Shown piece by piece: positions 1-13,353 of a stretch of 64,000 bases of DNA (position 1 is its first letter; every line of letters begins with the position of its first letter). Under the pieces are notes generated by a model. The model did not search any database and was not told the origin of the DNA. It saw only the letters and a list, made by a program, of their open reading frames with translations. The translations under genes were made by a program, and so were the position numbers. Source of the DNA: Eledone cirrhosa (lineage: Eukaryota); the NCBI GenBank assembly GCA_964016885.1, contig OZ024740.1, positions 357,306,001 to 357,370,000 of the forward strand, read 5' to 3'.

Positions 1-379
1 GCAAAAAGATTTTACAGCGAGCTTCTAGCATAATGTCATTGGCGTGTACAGCCAGAGACCATATACGGAAGAAACTTAAACGTGGAATAGATGGGTAAGC
101 ACCTTAAACTGCCGGAGAACAGAGTGATAATACTGAGCACAGAGACTGTTGTAGTGTTTTGTTTAACGTTGCTTCCTCTGCCAGTGGTTGTGACCGGCAG
201 ATAGCATTAGCAATGGAAAGACCAAAGGCCATTAGAAGTATTGTTTCCTTGGTCCGCTCTGACAACGGCGCCTTTCTTTTCTATATATAATAATAGACCT
301 CGTGAAAATTACATGGTTTCATTAGAAACAACCACTATGTAGTAAAGATAAATATCGCATATCAAATGTTCAGAATATA

Positions 380-453
380 TATAGAGAGATAGATAGATCG
401 ATAGATAGATCGATAGATAGATCGATATATAGACAGATAGATAGATAGATAAA
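380..453. repeat. (GATA)n microsatellite with GATC/GACA variants
   Basis: Directly visible. The same repeat continues at 7157-7267 (GACA/GATA) and 7510-7590. Confidence 0.95.
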
Positions 454-683
454 TTTCTTTATTAGCCACAAGGGCACAAAAGAAGGGGACAAATACAAAT
501 GGGGAGTTTACATACAGGTATATGAAAATAAAACTATTAATACAATAACAAATAACAATTGAAATCCCAAATAGGGGGGAGGTGTTACGCAGGAGTTGTA
601 CACACCCCGACAAAATGTACAACCCTCATCTCCAGGAGCACCAAGAGTGAGTACTCCCTTCCTCTCTTCTCTTTTTCCTCAAC

Positions 684-3600
684 CTACAGGCTTATATAGA
701 GAGAAGGCCCAACCACTCGGGCCATCTTTGCCACCTTTTATAAAATTTGCTGGGGTACAGCATATCTCTCTCTCAACCCTGATACTTCTTCCAAAATGAT
801 ATTTGAAAAAAACGAATCAGTTGCTCGCCGGAGAGAAAGGTGTCTGACCTCAGCGCTTTTAACCTCGTCCACCATATAACCTCTTTCACCATAGCCATAA
901 CACATAGGAAAACCGCCTCTCCCTCGTTTTTGAAGGACGGTGGCGGTTTGATCATGACAATGGACTCGGTGGTCAACTGGATTGGTCCCACCCGCGACAA
1001 TAGTCGTTCTACATAGCCCCACAGGTCGGTAACGCCCGGGCAGTGTACAAATGCGTGTGCGACGGTTTCCTCGTCGCGCACGCATCTCGGACAGATCTGT
1101 TTCGAAGGGTCCCTACCCGGGCGCCCGTGTCTGTAGAGCTTGTCTCGAACTGGTAGAGCTCCTCGGTAGCACTGCCAGGCCAGGGACTTTTGGAAGTTGT
1201 CCATTGGTCGCGGGCGGAAGGTCCTACCGAACAGACTGGCCAGTTCGTTCTCCTCTACGCCTAGAGTTTCTCCGAGCGTGTCGTCGCACTTGCTGCGGAC
1301 CAACCCTCTATAGAATGTCGAAGTGGAGTTTTCACTGATCGCCGGGTCCGTTTGCCAGAGGACTGTGAGCGCCTGCGCACATTCGATGTGCCAGTCGCCC
1401 ATTTCCCTCGGTCTTTGCTTGACCCAGGACTGCAGCTCGGTCAGCGAGACGATACGTGGGAAGGCTCGCCTCACGAACGGGGCCCACACCGGTTGTCTGG
1501 TGAGGAATACGTGGAGGTGCCGCAACATGAGCGCGTGTTTGCGCATCGTCAGCCACGGCTTCCCCAGCCCTCCGTTTGAAGGGTGTTGGCAGCAGATGGA
1601 TCTTCTCACTAAAGGAGCCCGTTTCTTCCAAAGGAATTGGAAGAGCGCGCGCTCCGTTTTGGTGAGCGTTTTGGCTGGACAAGGCACAACGGTCAAGCGG
1701 TAGTAGATAACGGACGCTATAAAAGTGTTCGCCACCTACACTCGACCTTTCAAGGATAATTTGCACTCGGCCCACTTCTGGGTGAGCGCAAACACCTTGG
1801 CCGTCACCTCGTTCCAGTTTTTCTCTACCTGGAGGTCAGGACCAAACCAGACCCCGAGCAGCTTTACCGGTCCATCCGTCCAGCGTCCGATGACGTCATC
1901 GGAAGGCATCGGTTTGCCTCTCCACGTTCCGAGTTGCAAACCGACGGATTTGTCCCGGTTCAGCTTCGCTCCTGTGAACCTTTCGTATTCCTCCAGTAAG
2001 GTGCCGATCTCCTCGATTTGCGAAGTGCTCGACACCATTACTGTCACGTCATCAGCGTAGGCCAACGCCGCTTTTCGCAATCCCGGTTCCAAAGGGATGC
2101 CCTGCAATAGCTCCAACTTCCGCAGTAGTGGCTCTAGAGTCAGTACGTACAGAAGGGAGGAGAGAGGGCATCCCTGTCGGATGGATCGCGTGATATGGAA
2201 CGGCTCCAAGAGGTAGCCGTTCACCTTGACCCTTGAGCAGATGTTGCTGTTGTGCATTGCAGCAATCCAGCCCCTGAACACGGGTCCGAAGCCTGCCGCC
2301 TCGAGCACCGCATCCAGGTAACGATGGTCAACCCTATCGAAAGCATTAGACTGATCCAAGTTGATCAGGGCCCCACCGAAGCCGGGTTTACACGCTACCC
2401 TCTCTATGATGTATCGCATGAGGTGGAGGTTGTCGTGTGTGGAACTGGTCGGGATTGCGCATGTCTGCACTTCTCCCACCAGGTTTTCGACGACAAGCGC
2501 CAGCCTCTTTGCCAACACCTTGGCCAAAATCTGTAACTCTGTGTTGAGCAGAGTTATGGGCCGGAAGTTGCCTATGTCATCCCCCTTGTTCTCGTCCTTC
2601 CTGACTAACGTGATTACGCCCTTGGTCACAGAACTGGGAATTCACCCGTTCTGCTGCCAGTTGCAGTAGACCGCTTCCAGGAGACTGGATAACAAGTCCG
2701 GCATTGCTACGTAAAATTCGTAGGGTAGACCGTCGAGACCTGGAATTTGCGTTTGCCGCATTGGCTCAGCGCGTTCCCTATCTCAGCAGCCGAAATCGGC
2801 CTTTCGCAGAACTTCACCTCGCTGTCCGAGAGTCGCGGTAGGCCGTCGAGGTATGAACCGAAATCCATAGCCGCTCCCGGCGCGCCGCCCTGCCCGAACA
2901 GTTGAGCAAAGTGCCGCTGAAAGGCCGCGCACATTTTCTTCGGCTCACGTATCACGCGTCCGTCTTGGTCCTTCAAAGACCGAATCGTGGACTTGTTGCC
3001 ACTTTTCGCCTCCGTCACTCGGGCCCAGCTAACAGCTTTGGCTCCCTCGTTTCCCAGCGCACGTATTTTGCTTCTGACAACGCAGCCTTCATGCTTTGCG
3101 TCAAAGAACTGGTCCAAGGCTGTTCTCGTCGCTAGCACGCTGACTACGCTGCCACTCCTAAGTGCCTCTTCTACTTTATCTACCAGTTCCTTTTCGGTCT
3201 TATTTCCATCTAACACTAATTCTTTACTAAAACCTATCGAGTCTAATCTAACTGCCCTCTTGAGAGAGTACCACCATCTGTTGTTGACAATGGCCCCCGT
3301 CAAATGCTTCTTAACTAAAGTGCTAATCCGTCTACTGTAGGCTTTGGATGTCGGTAACGACAAGTTCAGCTTCCTCTAACCGGGTCCCTGTCTATGGGTT
3401 TTGTCAAGGTTGACTAAGCAGGTCACTAATTTGTGATCTGAATAAGCAACCATGAACATTTGTGGACAGCTTAACATGTCCCTATCCTTCTTTCCAACTA
3501 GAACCCTATCTAGGTACGATCTAGATGTTCCGCTACGATTAGTCCACGTCCACAGTGGCACAGTCGGAAAATCTAGTCGATATCTATCAGCCAGGTCAAA

Positions 3601-4051
3601 TCGACCGATTAACTGTTTGAGGCTGTTACACCCCCCTCTATCGGGACATGCTCCCCCATAGTCCCAACGTGCATCTAGGATTCCATTCCAGCCCTCCACT
3701 AACAGCAGGGAGCGGGACGTTCCCAGAAAAGTCTCTAGACGTTTGAAGAAGTCTGGCCGTGGTGTCCCGGATGGGGTATATGCGGCCACCAGCCTGAAGG
3801 CTCCACCTTCACTACCGTCAACGTCTAGGACCACCAGTCGACCCTCCGGGTCCAGATGTAGCGTCTGTGTTACGAGGTCCAGGTGTTTCCGCAGAAAAAC
3901 GACAACCCCACCCCACCTCCCGACTGACAGACAGATGCGTAGAGCTCAAAGTCGTCGAAGATGGGGGCCAGTTGTCGCTCTCTGTGGATCCTGGACTCGC
4001 AAATGGCTACTACTTCCATACATTCACACATCCAACTCTTATATTGGCCAT
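684..4051 (-). pseudogene. Tx1 ORF2: APE endonuclease + reverse transcriptase + CCHC, with stops and frameshifts
   Basis: Begins MANIRVGCVNV at 4051. APE motifs: DPEGRLVVLD, YTP, SYLDRVLV, SDHKLV. RT motifs: [44 protein letters not shown]-terminal CPRC..ETVAHAFVHC. Broken into ORFs 3376-3834, 2707-3363, 1736-2629 and 773-1735. Confidence 0.93.
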
Positions 4052-4089
4052 GTTGGTGCTGAAAAGTTAAAAGAAGAGGAAAAAATCAC

Positions 4090-5473
4090 TCACCTCTTCG
4101 TCTCATGGGGACTAGGCTGCACAATTTCCATGGGGGTGTTGGAGGGGTTGTTTGGTGGGGTGGTGGTCTCTGGCGGGGTGGGGACGGAGATGTTTGGTGG
4201 GGAGGGGGTGTCAGGTGGAGTGGGGGTGGGGGTGGGAGTGCCTGGGGTGGGGGTGGGGAAACATTTCAAAAGGACGCGGTTATAGGGTTTGACGCAGGGG
4301 TTACCTACGTCGTTAGGAAATTTTTCTTTCAACTGTTTATGTGTGTCCATGGAGATCCTAATCATTTTAAGACTAGGATTCTCCGCAGAGTGTGTAAAAG
4401 TTTTCCCTTCGGTCTCCACCGAAGGGTTTTTATATATGGTGTCTGTTAAAGTTTTATTGTTAGTATTTATGTAGGTGTAACATTTTTGTTGTGTTGTGTT
4501 GCTTTTTTTCTGTGGTTCTTGTGTGTGTTTACATTTTGCAGTAGGTGTTTTGTTTTCAGGAGGGGGTGTTTTTGTTTGTGCTGTTTGCGTCGCTTGTATT
4601 GGTGTTTGTGTGTTTGTTGCATTTTCGTTTATGTTATGACTTTTCTTTTTTCTTTTTACTGGTCGGAAAGGCTCTCCCTCATCATCACTGGGTGACGATG
4701 ATGAGGCCTCATCCGTGTTGTTGGGGAGGGGTACATTTTGAGGAGCTGTTATGTGTGTAGGTGTTTCTGGAGTTGTTTTAGGTGGGGAGGGGTTGGGTGG
4801 GACTGTGTTTGCAGTTTGGTTTGTTTTTGTGTGTTGTTGTTGTTGTTGTTGTGGTGGTGGTGGTGGTTGTGTTGTTGTTGTGTTGGGTGTCGGCAGTAGT
4901 GCCTTTTTTTTACTGCAGTTAATTGAGGACAGGAAACCCTCAGGTGACCACTACTTAAACAGTGGTAACATGAAGGCCGCCTACCCTCAACAGAAATGTT
5001 TATGTAGGAATTTCCATCCAGAGGCACACGTTGTGGTATTCTAGCTATCCGTTCTGGTCTCATTTGGACCAGAACTTCTAAGCTTGTACCGTTGAATATG
5101 CCCCTGGAGGACTTTCCTACCGAAATTACTGTGTCTTCATCAAAATTGATGAAACCAGCTATTATTCACCAGATGTTTACATTTGGTGTGATATTTGTTA
5201 TTTTTATTTTTTGGCTCCTTTTTCCCATGTATGTGGGGGAAAAGGTGTAGAGGGGGACACAATTAGCGACACAGAATATTTCTGTGCCGTCAATTGGTCT
5301 TTCATTATTATTGATAAACTCCCGAAGAGTTTTCCCTTCTGTATGAAGGCAATGTCCTTCATAGAGTTTCTTAGAACCAGCTCAATTTCGTTTCGAGTTA
5401 ATTGAGCTGGTTTTCTGGTGGTATTTGAGATTGTCCTAAAAACTATGGTCTTCAGTACAGTGTCTCTACGCAA
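4090..5473 (-). pseudogene. Tx1 ORF1 (gag-like nucleic-acid-binding protein), frameshifted
   Basis: ORF pieces 5204-5473, 4749-5063 (CYHCLSSGHLRVSC = CX2CX4HX4C) and 4090-4419 (Pro/Thr-rich tail) lie directly upstream of ORF2. Confidence 0.75.
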
Positions 5474-5486
5474 TTCTAGATAGATA

Positions 5487-7146
5487 TATTTCTTTATTTA
5501 CCATAAAGGCATAAAAAGAAGGGACAAATACAAAGGGGGAGTTTACATAAAACCGAGTAAAAAGGGTATAAAATGAAAATAATCAAAAACAACCTCAAAA
5601 GGGAGGGGACGTGATGGGGGTTGCACACACCCCCGAAAAAGTGTGCAATCCTTTGCCCAGGGAGCACATGGAGAAGGTGCTCCCCTCTCCTTCACTTCTT
5701 TACCTACAGGATGGTATACAGAGAAGGCCCATTTACACGAGCAATTCTCGCCACTATCACCCACCTTTCATAAAACTGCCTGTGGCCAAGCACCTCTCTC
5801 TCCATTCTTATCCTTCTTCCGAAGCGATATCGGAAGAAGTAGACCAGACTATGGCCAGAGAGGAAGTTGCCTGACCTTAGACCTTTCAATCGTGTCCGCA
5901 AAACAACTTCTTTCAACATGGCTATTACGCACAGAAAAACCGCCTTTGCTTCCTTTGTAAAGAGGGGAGGCGGCTTGATTGTCATCACGGACTCGGCGGT
6001 CAATCGAATCGGCGCCACCCGCGACAGCAGTCGTTCGGCGTAACCCCACAGATCAGCCACGCCCGGACATTGCACCAATCCGTGCGCAACGGTTTCTTCG
6101 TGACGCACGCATCTAGGGCAAATCTTTTTCGAGGGATCCCTGCCCGGGCGCCCGTGTCTGTAGAGCTTTTCTCGAACGAGTAGAGCCCCTCGGTAGCACT
6201 GCCAGGCCAGTGACTTCTGGAAGTTGTCCATTGGTCCCGGGCCGAAAGTCCTACCGAACAGGCTGGCCAGTTCGTCCTTTTCCATGTCCAGTGACTCTCC
6301 AAGGGTGTCATCGCCCCTGCTAGCCACCAGCCCTCTATAGAATGACGAGGTGGATTCTCCACCGGTGGCCGGGTCCGCTTGCCAGAGAGCCCTGAGCGCC
6401 TGGATACACTCAGTGTGCCAGTCGCCCAGTTTTCCGGATCTTTGCTTGACCCAGGACTGCAGCTCGGTGAGCGAGACGAGTCTGGAAAGGCTCGTCTCAC
6501 GAACGGAGCCCACACCGGTTGACCAGTGAGGAATACCTGTAGGTGCCGTAGCCTTAATGCGTACCTACGCATCATCAACCACGGCATCCCCAGCCCTCCT
6601 TTCGAAGGTTGTTGGCAGCAGATGGATCTTCTCACCATAGGAGGGCGCTTTTTCCAAAGAAATTGAAAGAGCATGCGTTCCATGGTGGTGAGTGTTTCCT
6701 TAGGGCAAGGCACGACAGTCAGGCGGTAGTAGGTGACGGACGCTATGTAAATGTTCGCCACCTCCGCCCGACCTTTCAGGGACAGCTTACACTTAGCCCA
6801 TTTCTGGGTCAGTGCAAACACCTTGCTCGTAACCTCGCCCCAGTTCTTTTCCACCTGGAGGTCCGGTCCAAACCAGACCCCAAGCAACTTCACCGGGCCC
6901 TCCGTCCAGTGTCCGACGACACCGTCGGGAGGCATCGGTCTGCCTCTCCACGTTCCGAGTTGCAGCCCGATGGATTTTTCCCGGTTCAGTTTCGCTCCTG
7001 ACAACCTTTCGTATTCCTTCAGTAAGGTGCCGATCACCTCGATCTCCGAGTCGGTCGATACCATTACTGTTACGTCATCGGCGTAGGCCGACACCGCTTT
7101 CCTCAATCCTGGTTCCAGGGGGATACCCTGCAACAACTCCAACTTG
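5487..7146 (-). mobile_element. 5'-truncated Tx1 copy (E2): RT C-half to 3' end, with 19-bp target-site duplication
   Basis: ORFs 6000-7142 (SAYADDVTV) and 5704-6513 are homologous to E1, with one frameshift near 6485. Flanked by identical ACGCAATTCTAGATAGATA at 5468-5486 and 7147-7165. Confidence 0.93.
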
Positions 7147-7155
7147 ACGCAATTC

Positions 7156-7551
<396 letters not shown>

Positions 7552-7729
7552 TTAGATAGTTAGATAGATAGACAGAGAGATAGATAGAAATATATATATT
7601 CTAAGCATAGATATTTATATGATATTTATAACATTTGATATTTATTTATAAACATACCATATTTCTTTAGAAATACGAAATTCAAATACATATTTGTATA
7701 CAGCTTTGTTCGAAGCTAAATTCAAATTC

Positions 7730-7795
<66 letters not shown>

Positions 7796-8091
7796 ATGTA
7801 TATATATACATTGTTATACTTGGGGAGCGTCATATTGTGTAATAATATTGCCAGAAATAATAACAGAACACACTCACTGTTTGGTTGGTTTTCGCTTCTG
7901 GATCTTTTATATCTCCATAGTTAATTTATTTAGCAATCAACGTTTATCATTGATTAACCAACGGTTAAAAATACAGATATAAATATATATATATATAGTC
8001 TATCAAAGTTCTTTCGTTGCACATCTGCAACATCATCAGTGCTACTATTATGTTTCCTCCTGTTGTATTGTATGGCTACGCCATTTTCTCT

Positions 8092-8154
<63 letters not shown>

Positions 8155-8365
8155 TTTCCCCTTGTGTCCGTCTCTGCGCATGCGTTTGCGTGTGTGTCTA
8201 ATGTTAGGTGTGTGTGTTCGCGTTTGAGTGTATGTTTTTGTTTTCTATCTTTGTTTACTAGTGTGTGTTTATATGTGTTTGTTGTTATTGTACCTGTGTA
8301 TATATTTATTTATTCATTTATTTATATTTCCCTTAAGTCAGAAATATAAATAAATAAATAAATAA

Positions 8366-8428
<63 letters not shown>

Positions 8429-8429
<1 letters not shown>

Positions 8430-9388
8430 TAGCAGCAGTACCCAGCGTTGCCTGGGTAGATAAAATAATATCTGCTTTGATGAAAAGGTATTGATCTTAG
8501 CGACTGCTTCTCGATGACTCATCCATGGCCACACACAGGCCATGCGCGGGAGGGTGGTGATGACCTCTATCACTGAGAAACGCGGGTGATTGACGAAGGG
8601 GCATGCTGGGGGAGGTAGGTAATGACCTCTAACACTAAGCCAAATTCCTCACGCTACCTGATTGGAAACCGATGAATTCTCAAATACACAACTAAAAGCT
8701 CAGATGACGTCAGTAGCCATCGTTTTGCCTTTGACTATCTATAAGATATGCAATGATAGGTTCTATCGCAGTATAAAAGTTGAACCAAATAAATTGATTT
8801 ATGTGTGAGGTGGAGCCGAAGTTTCGAATTTGAACGAAATCGGTTGAAAAATGTGGGAACTAGAGCCGAAAAGGCGGAAATTTGAGCGAAAAGGTGGTAT
8901 TTTCGAATATTTAAGCTGCTGCCACGCCGTTCCTGAGCAAAAAATTCAAAATTTTAAGACGTGAAATAATCAGATCTAGCGTAGTGTAAAATTTGAACAA
9001 AGTAGGTTGATTAATGTGGGAGCTAGGACCGAAAAAGTGGAAATTTGAGTCTAAAAGTGGTATTTTTGATTATTTAAGCGGCTGCGACGCCGTCCCTGAA
9101 CAGCAAATGCAAAATATAAAGCTATTACAGGATGTGAAATGATAAATTCTATTTTGCTTTTAAATTTGAACAAAATCGGTGGCAAAATGTGACCCCCCTA
9201 TCGATTTTTATCTGCAGAATGACCCCGGAATAAAAAAAAAAACGATACGCTAATATATAGAAAACACTCCCCGATGACTAATCTATGAGCCTGTAAAGTT
9301 TCATGAAAATCGGTCGTAAGATGTAGGCCCCTATAGGTAATACACAGACACACAGACACACACACTCATACTTAATTTTATATATATA
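8429..9388 (-). mobile_element. Non-autonomous Helitron (Lep1-like) with three ~165-175 bp internal subrepeats
   Basis: Minus-strand 3' end has a hairpin (tacccagcgttgcctgggta, 8439-8458), then CTAG|T. The 5' region is TATAAAATTAAGTATGAGTGTGTGTCTGTG. The motif aatttgaac-aa-t-ggt recurs at ~8827, ~8990 and ~9163. Embedded in (TA)n. Confidence 0.75.
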
Positions 9389-9389
9389 C

Positions 9390-9504
<115 letters not shown>

Positions 9505-9800
9505 TATTATAAATGTAAGCTATCGCCGTATTTTGACTAAAGAAATTATTTAGCCTGATAGTGGGGTTAAGAACCCTCGGAGAAATGGAAGAAGATGAGT
9601 ATTGACGTACATCAATACTCATCTTTTATTATCCCCTGTGATTGTTTCATGTGTTTATTTTAAATATATATATGTCAATCAATTTCTAGTTGATATAAAA
9701 TGCTCGGATCTATTCATTGGAATCTTTGAGCTTATTCTACGGTGGATATGGCGCATGTCTCGGACATGACTCCCTTAATTTAATTTTATTTTATTTATTT

Positions 9801-9854
<54 letters not shown>

Positions 9855-9861
<7 letters not shown>

Positions 9862-10042
9862 ATTATGTAATAAACAACATAAGGCAATTATTCCATTTAC
9901 CAGTGGTTTCTTAAAAGCAAAAGGTTTTGCTTTCAATCCTCAGAATGAACATTCTGAGGATTGAAAGCAAAACCTTTTGCTTTTAAGAAACCACTGGTAA
10001 ATGGAATAATTGCCTTATGTTGTTTATTACATAATAATAATA
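9855..10042. repeat. Perfect 93-bp-arm palindrome (2-nt spacer), likely a Penelope-like element fold-back remnant
   Basis: Arms 9855-9947 and 9950-10042 are exact reverse complements, and each contains a hammerhead core. Confidence 0.9.
9950..10003 (+). ncRNA. Type I hammerhead ribozyme motif (mirror copy on minus strand 9894-9947)
   Basis: catt-CTGAGGA-[ttgaaagcaaa acct tttgcttttaa]-GAAA-CC act GG-TA^-aatg. Stems I, II and III and the core are all present; predicted GUA cleavage after 9999. Confidence 0.75.
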
Positions 10043-10129
10043 ATTAAGCTCTGTTGCTTACATAGAGCACTCTTTTTTCCTGGACTTTTCCGATGGAATT
10101 ACTTCATTTATATATATATATATATATAT

Positions 10130-10812
10130 ATTAAGAAGTATATGATAAAGTTACACTGTATAAATATAGAATGTGTGACTGTGACTGCACCAACGTGTAT
10201 AAATGTATACACATATCTAATATGTAGGCATGTAAACATGCCAGAAAATAAGAATTTCCTTGAAAAATATGATAAACATCTTTAATCAATTTCCAGATCC
10301 AATTGGACCCTTATCAGAAGACTAGGAAACAATTACAAGGAAACAAGTACATAATGGGTATATATACCCATTCGCTCTTAGTATTATTTTGAAATGGACA
10401 TATTAATTTACAAGGAAATTCGCATTTTCTTGCATGCTTACATGCCTTCATATTAGATATGTGTATATATTTACACACGTTGGTGCAGGCTCGGTTACAC
10501 ACCCTGTATTTATACAGATATAACTGTATCATATACTTCTTAATATATATCTTAATTAATAACCAACTCGAACGCTAATAATATGCAAATTACTACGACC
10601 ACTTCAAAATAATACTAAGAGCGAATGGATAAATATACCCATCATATTGTGGTTGTTTGTATAATATACGCGTCTTCTGATGAGGATCAAATTAGTTCCC
10701 AAAATTAATTAAAGATGTTTATAATGTTTTCAATTTACAGGGAAATTCGTATTTTCTGGCATGTTTAGATGCGTGTAGTCCCGGTTACACACTCTTTATT
10801 TATCCAATCATA
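10130..10812. mobile_element. Penelope-like terminal-repeat fragments in inverted/tandem arrangement with degenerate hammerheads
   Basis: 10130-10265 is inverted relative to ~10405-10548. Decayed HHR cores lie at 10278-10322 (-; CTGATAA..GAAAttgatta) and 10673-10716 (+; CTGATGA..CAAAAttaatta), with stem I gtctt/aagat. Confidence 0.6.
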
Positions 10813-12031
10813 TATATTTATATATATATGTATATATATATATATATATAGGTATATCTTCAGCTGACTTCATCAGGAACTCCGGCAGTATGCTGGTATG
10901 TTGATTAGTATATGACGAATGCATTCTCCAGTTGAGTTAGGGTTTTTGCTTTTGAGCTATAAACTTCTTCCTTTTTCCACCCCCACAGGAAAACATCACA
11001 TGGTATTAAGTCAGGGCTTTATGCTGGCCATCTATGTGGACGGCGACGACCCAGTCAACGTCCTACAGTGCATGCAAAATGAGGACGGGCCTCATTTTGC
11101 ATGTATATGAGGTCATTGGTGTTGTCCCAAGTGGTCACAGTAGACCAAATATCTTATTAATTTTCAATAGAGAGTTTCTTTCCACTCATATAAATGACAA
11201 TTCCTTTCAAGTCAACTTGCTAGGTGAATGTGCTTCGCTAAGAATATCTAACAAGATCAAAGCATGTCCATTGCTTTCACCAAGTTAGCATTAAGATAAC
11301 GCTAACTCTCACTGCATTGTCGAAAAAAAGGCCTAACGACATTGAATGAACATCAATTGTAGAAACCCCCCACCCCTCCATTGCATACTTTTCTTGGGAT
11401 TGAAATTTCACAAAGTAAGTTTCAGTCTTGAGTATAATGAGGCGTCGTAGGCGGGTGGTGTTTGGCATGATAAAAAATATGTGATGTGATTATATTTTCA
11501 TGTAAATATAACATATAACTGTAACACAGTATTCATAATGGTACAACAAAAGTGAGTGGGATTGTGAGAGGTAGATTATGAAATCGGTGACAGATGAAAT
11601 GAGTCAGCTTTAACCTTTGGCCTGTCTTGCAATATTAAAGATACAGAAAGATGGTAGACATGCGAATGTCGACGTTTTTTCATCAACGGTTTAGAAATAA
11701 GAATATACAAATAAGTAAATAAAGAGATAAAATATATACAAAGGAACGCGCGAGCGAGAAAGTGAAGGGTGGTTTCTAATTTAGGAAAACAACTTATTTG
11801 GATGTAATGTTTAACATAGTTTTGAGGCTGAATTCAAACGAAAACAACATCAACGGCAGAGATTAACAACAACGTCAGTCTCATGTTATCATAATTAGAG
11901 AGTAAAAAAAAAAAGAACAGAAAAAGGAATCAGACTAGATTAGTTTCGGTATCTAGTTTAATGGGTGTCGTAGATGAGTTCAAATCTTGTCAATAAAGAA
12001 AGAAATCTTCCCATGATCTTTCTAGACACTC

Positions 12032-12104
<73 letters not shown>

Positions 12105-12252
12105 AGTATATATATATATATATATAAGTATATATATATATAGAGAGAGAGAGAGAAAGAGAGATATGTATGTGTGTGTGTGTGTATATATGTGTAATAT
12201 ATATATATATATGTATATATATACATATATATAATATACATATATATAAATA

Positions 12253-12324
<72 letters not shown>

Positions 12325-12540
12325 ATATATATATATATAATATATATATATATAATATATATATATACATATAATATATATATATATATAATATATATAT
12401 ATATGTTATATATATATATATACTTCTTCAAATTTATTATTATTACTATATATATATATATAAGCAGAGATATTTAATTTGAACCTGAACCGATAAGGTC
12501 TGGTTTCTTGGGTATGTCAACATTTATAAAACAAATTTTG

Positions 12541-12591
12541 TATTTTATCTGATGAGAGTGTACCAAAATGTTGGTATCCTTGAAATATATA
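12541..12591 (+). ncRNA. 5' part of a hammerhead ribozyme interrupted by a Helitron (3' part at 15141-15150)
   Basis: tattttat-CTGATGA-stem II-GAAA-tatata | insertion | TA-ataaaata. Joining the halves restores an 8-bp stem I. Confidence 0.75.
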
Positions 12592-12740
12592 TCTATAATA
12601 TTATAAAGCTGAGCGTCGTCTCTCTATCTCTCCCTCTTTCACCCTCTCTATAATTTAACTGCTTTACTCTCTGTCTCTCTTCACTCTCTATATGACAACA
12701 CTCTTTTACTTTCAGTATCTACCTTCAATATATCAATATA

Positions 12741-13072
12741 TATCCAGGTTCTGCTGCACGTCGGGCTGAGGGGGCCAAACTCCTCAAATACCGGTCGCTC
12801 TCCGACAGGTTTGCGGTCGTACCCCTGGCAGTGGAGACTTCTTGTGTCCTCGGCCCCAGGGCTACCTCCTTACTCACCACCATAGGCGCTGAGCTGGCCA
12901 GCCGCAGGTGTGAGCCCCGCGAGTTGGAGTGGCTTTTCCAGTGCGTCTCCCTTGTCGTACTCCGGGGAAACGCCTTCTCCATTCTGTCCGCCGGGGCTGT
13001 GGGTGGGCCCCATCGAGTACCGTTGTAGTTGTTGTATACAGATATTAACTCATCAATCCCATTATTTATATC
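12741..13072 (+). mobile_element. CRE-clade non-LTR retrotransposon 3' fragment (RLE C-terminus)
   Basis: Translates to PGSAARRAEGAKLLKYRSL..FAVVPLAVETSCVLGP..LFQCVSLVVLRGNAFSIL, the typical CRE RLE tail. Probable TSD atatatcaa(t/c)ata at 12728-12740 and 13073-13085. Confidence 0.82.
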
Positions 13073-13353
13073 ATATATCAACATAGAGATGAGCGTCGTA
13101 TGTATGTTTATTTCAAAAGGATAACCTCCTTCAAATTCGGTCAACACACAAGCAGGTAATACATACATCAAAAGGCAACCCTCTTAGAGAGACAGAGAGT
13201 GAAAGAGACAGATTAGGAAAACTACACACGCACACACATCTAAAGAGAGGGAGAGGCGAGAGGAGAGAGAGAGAGACAGGGAAAGAGAAAGAGAGGGACG
13301 GGCAAGAAGGTAATACATACATCTAAAATCATTTGGATACAAATATCATAATA

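Larger units (their letters stand above)
454..5477 (-). mobile_element. Tx1-clade (L1 group) non-LTR retrotransposon, near full-length but decayed (copy E1)
   Basis: Minus strand carries ORF1 remnants with a CCHC knuckle, then APE endonuclease, RT and a C-terminal CCHC. The 3' UTR ends in AATAAA (458-463) followed by (TCTA)n. Both sides are bordered by (GATA)n. Confidence 0.93.

Noticed and set aside
1051-7086. Plus-strand ORFs overlapping the Tx1 copies
   Set aside because: Antisense shadows of GC-rich ORF2 with no independent motifs.
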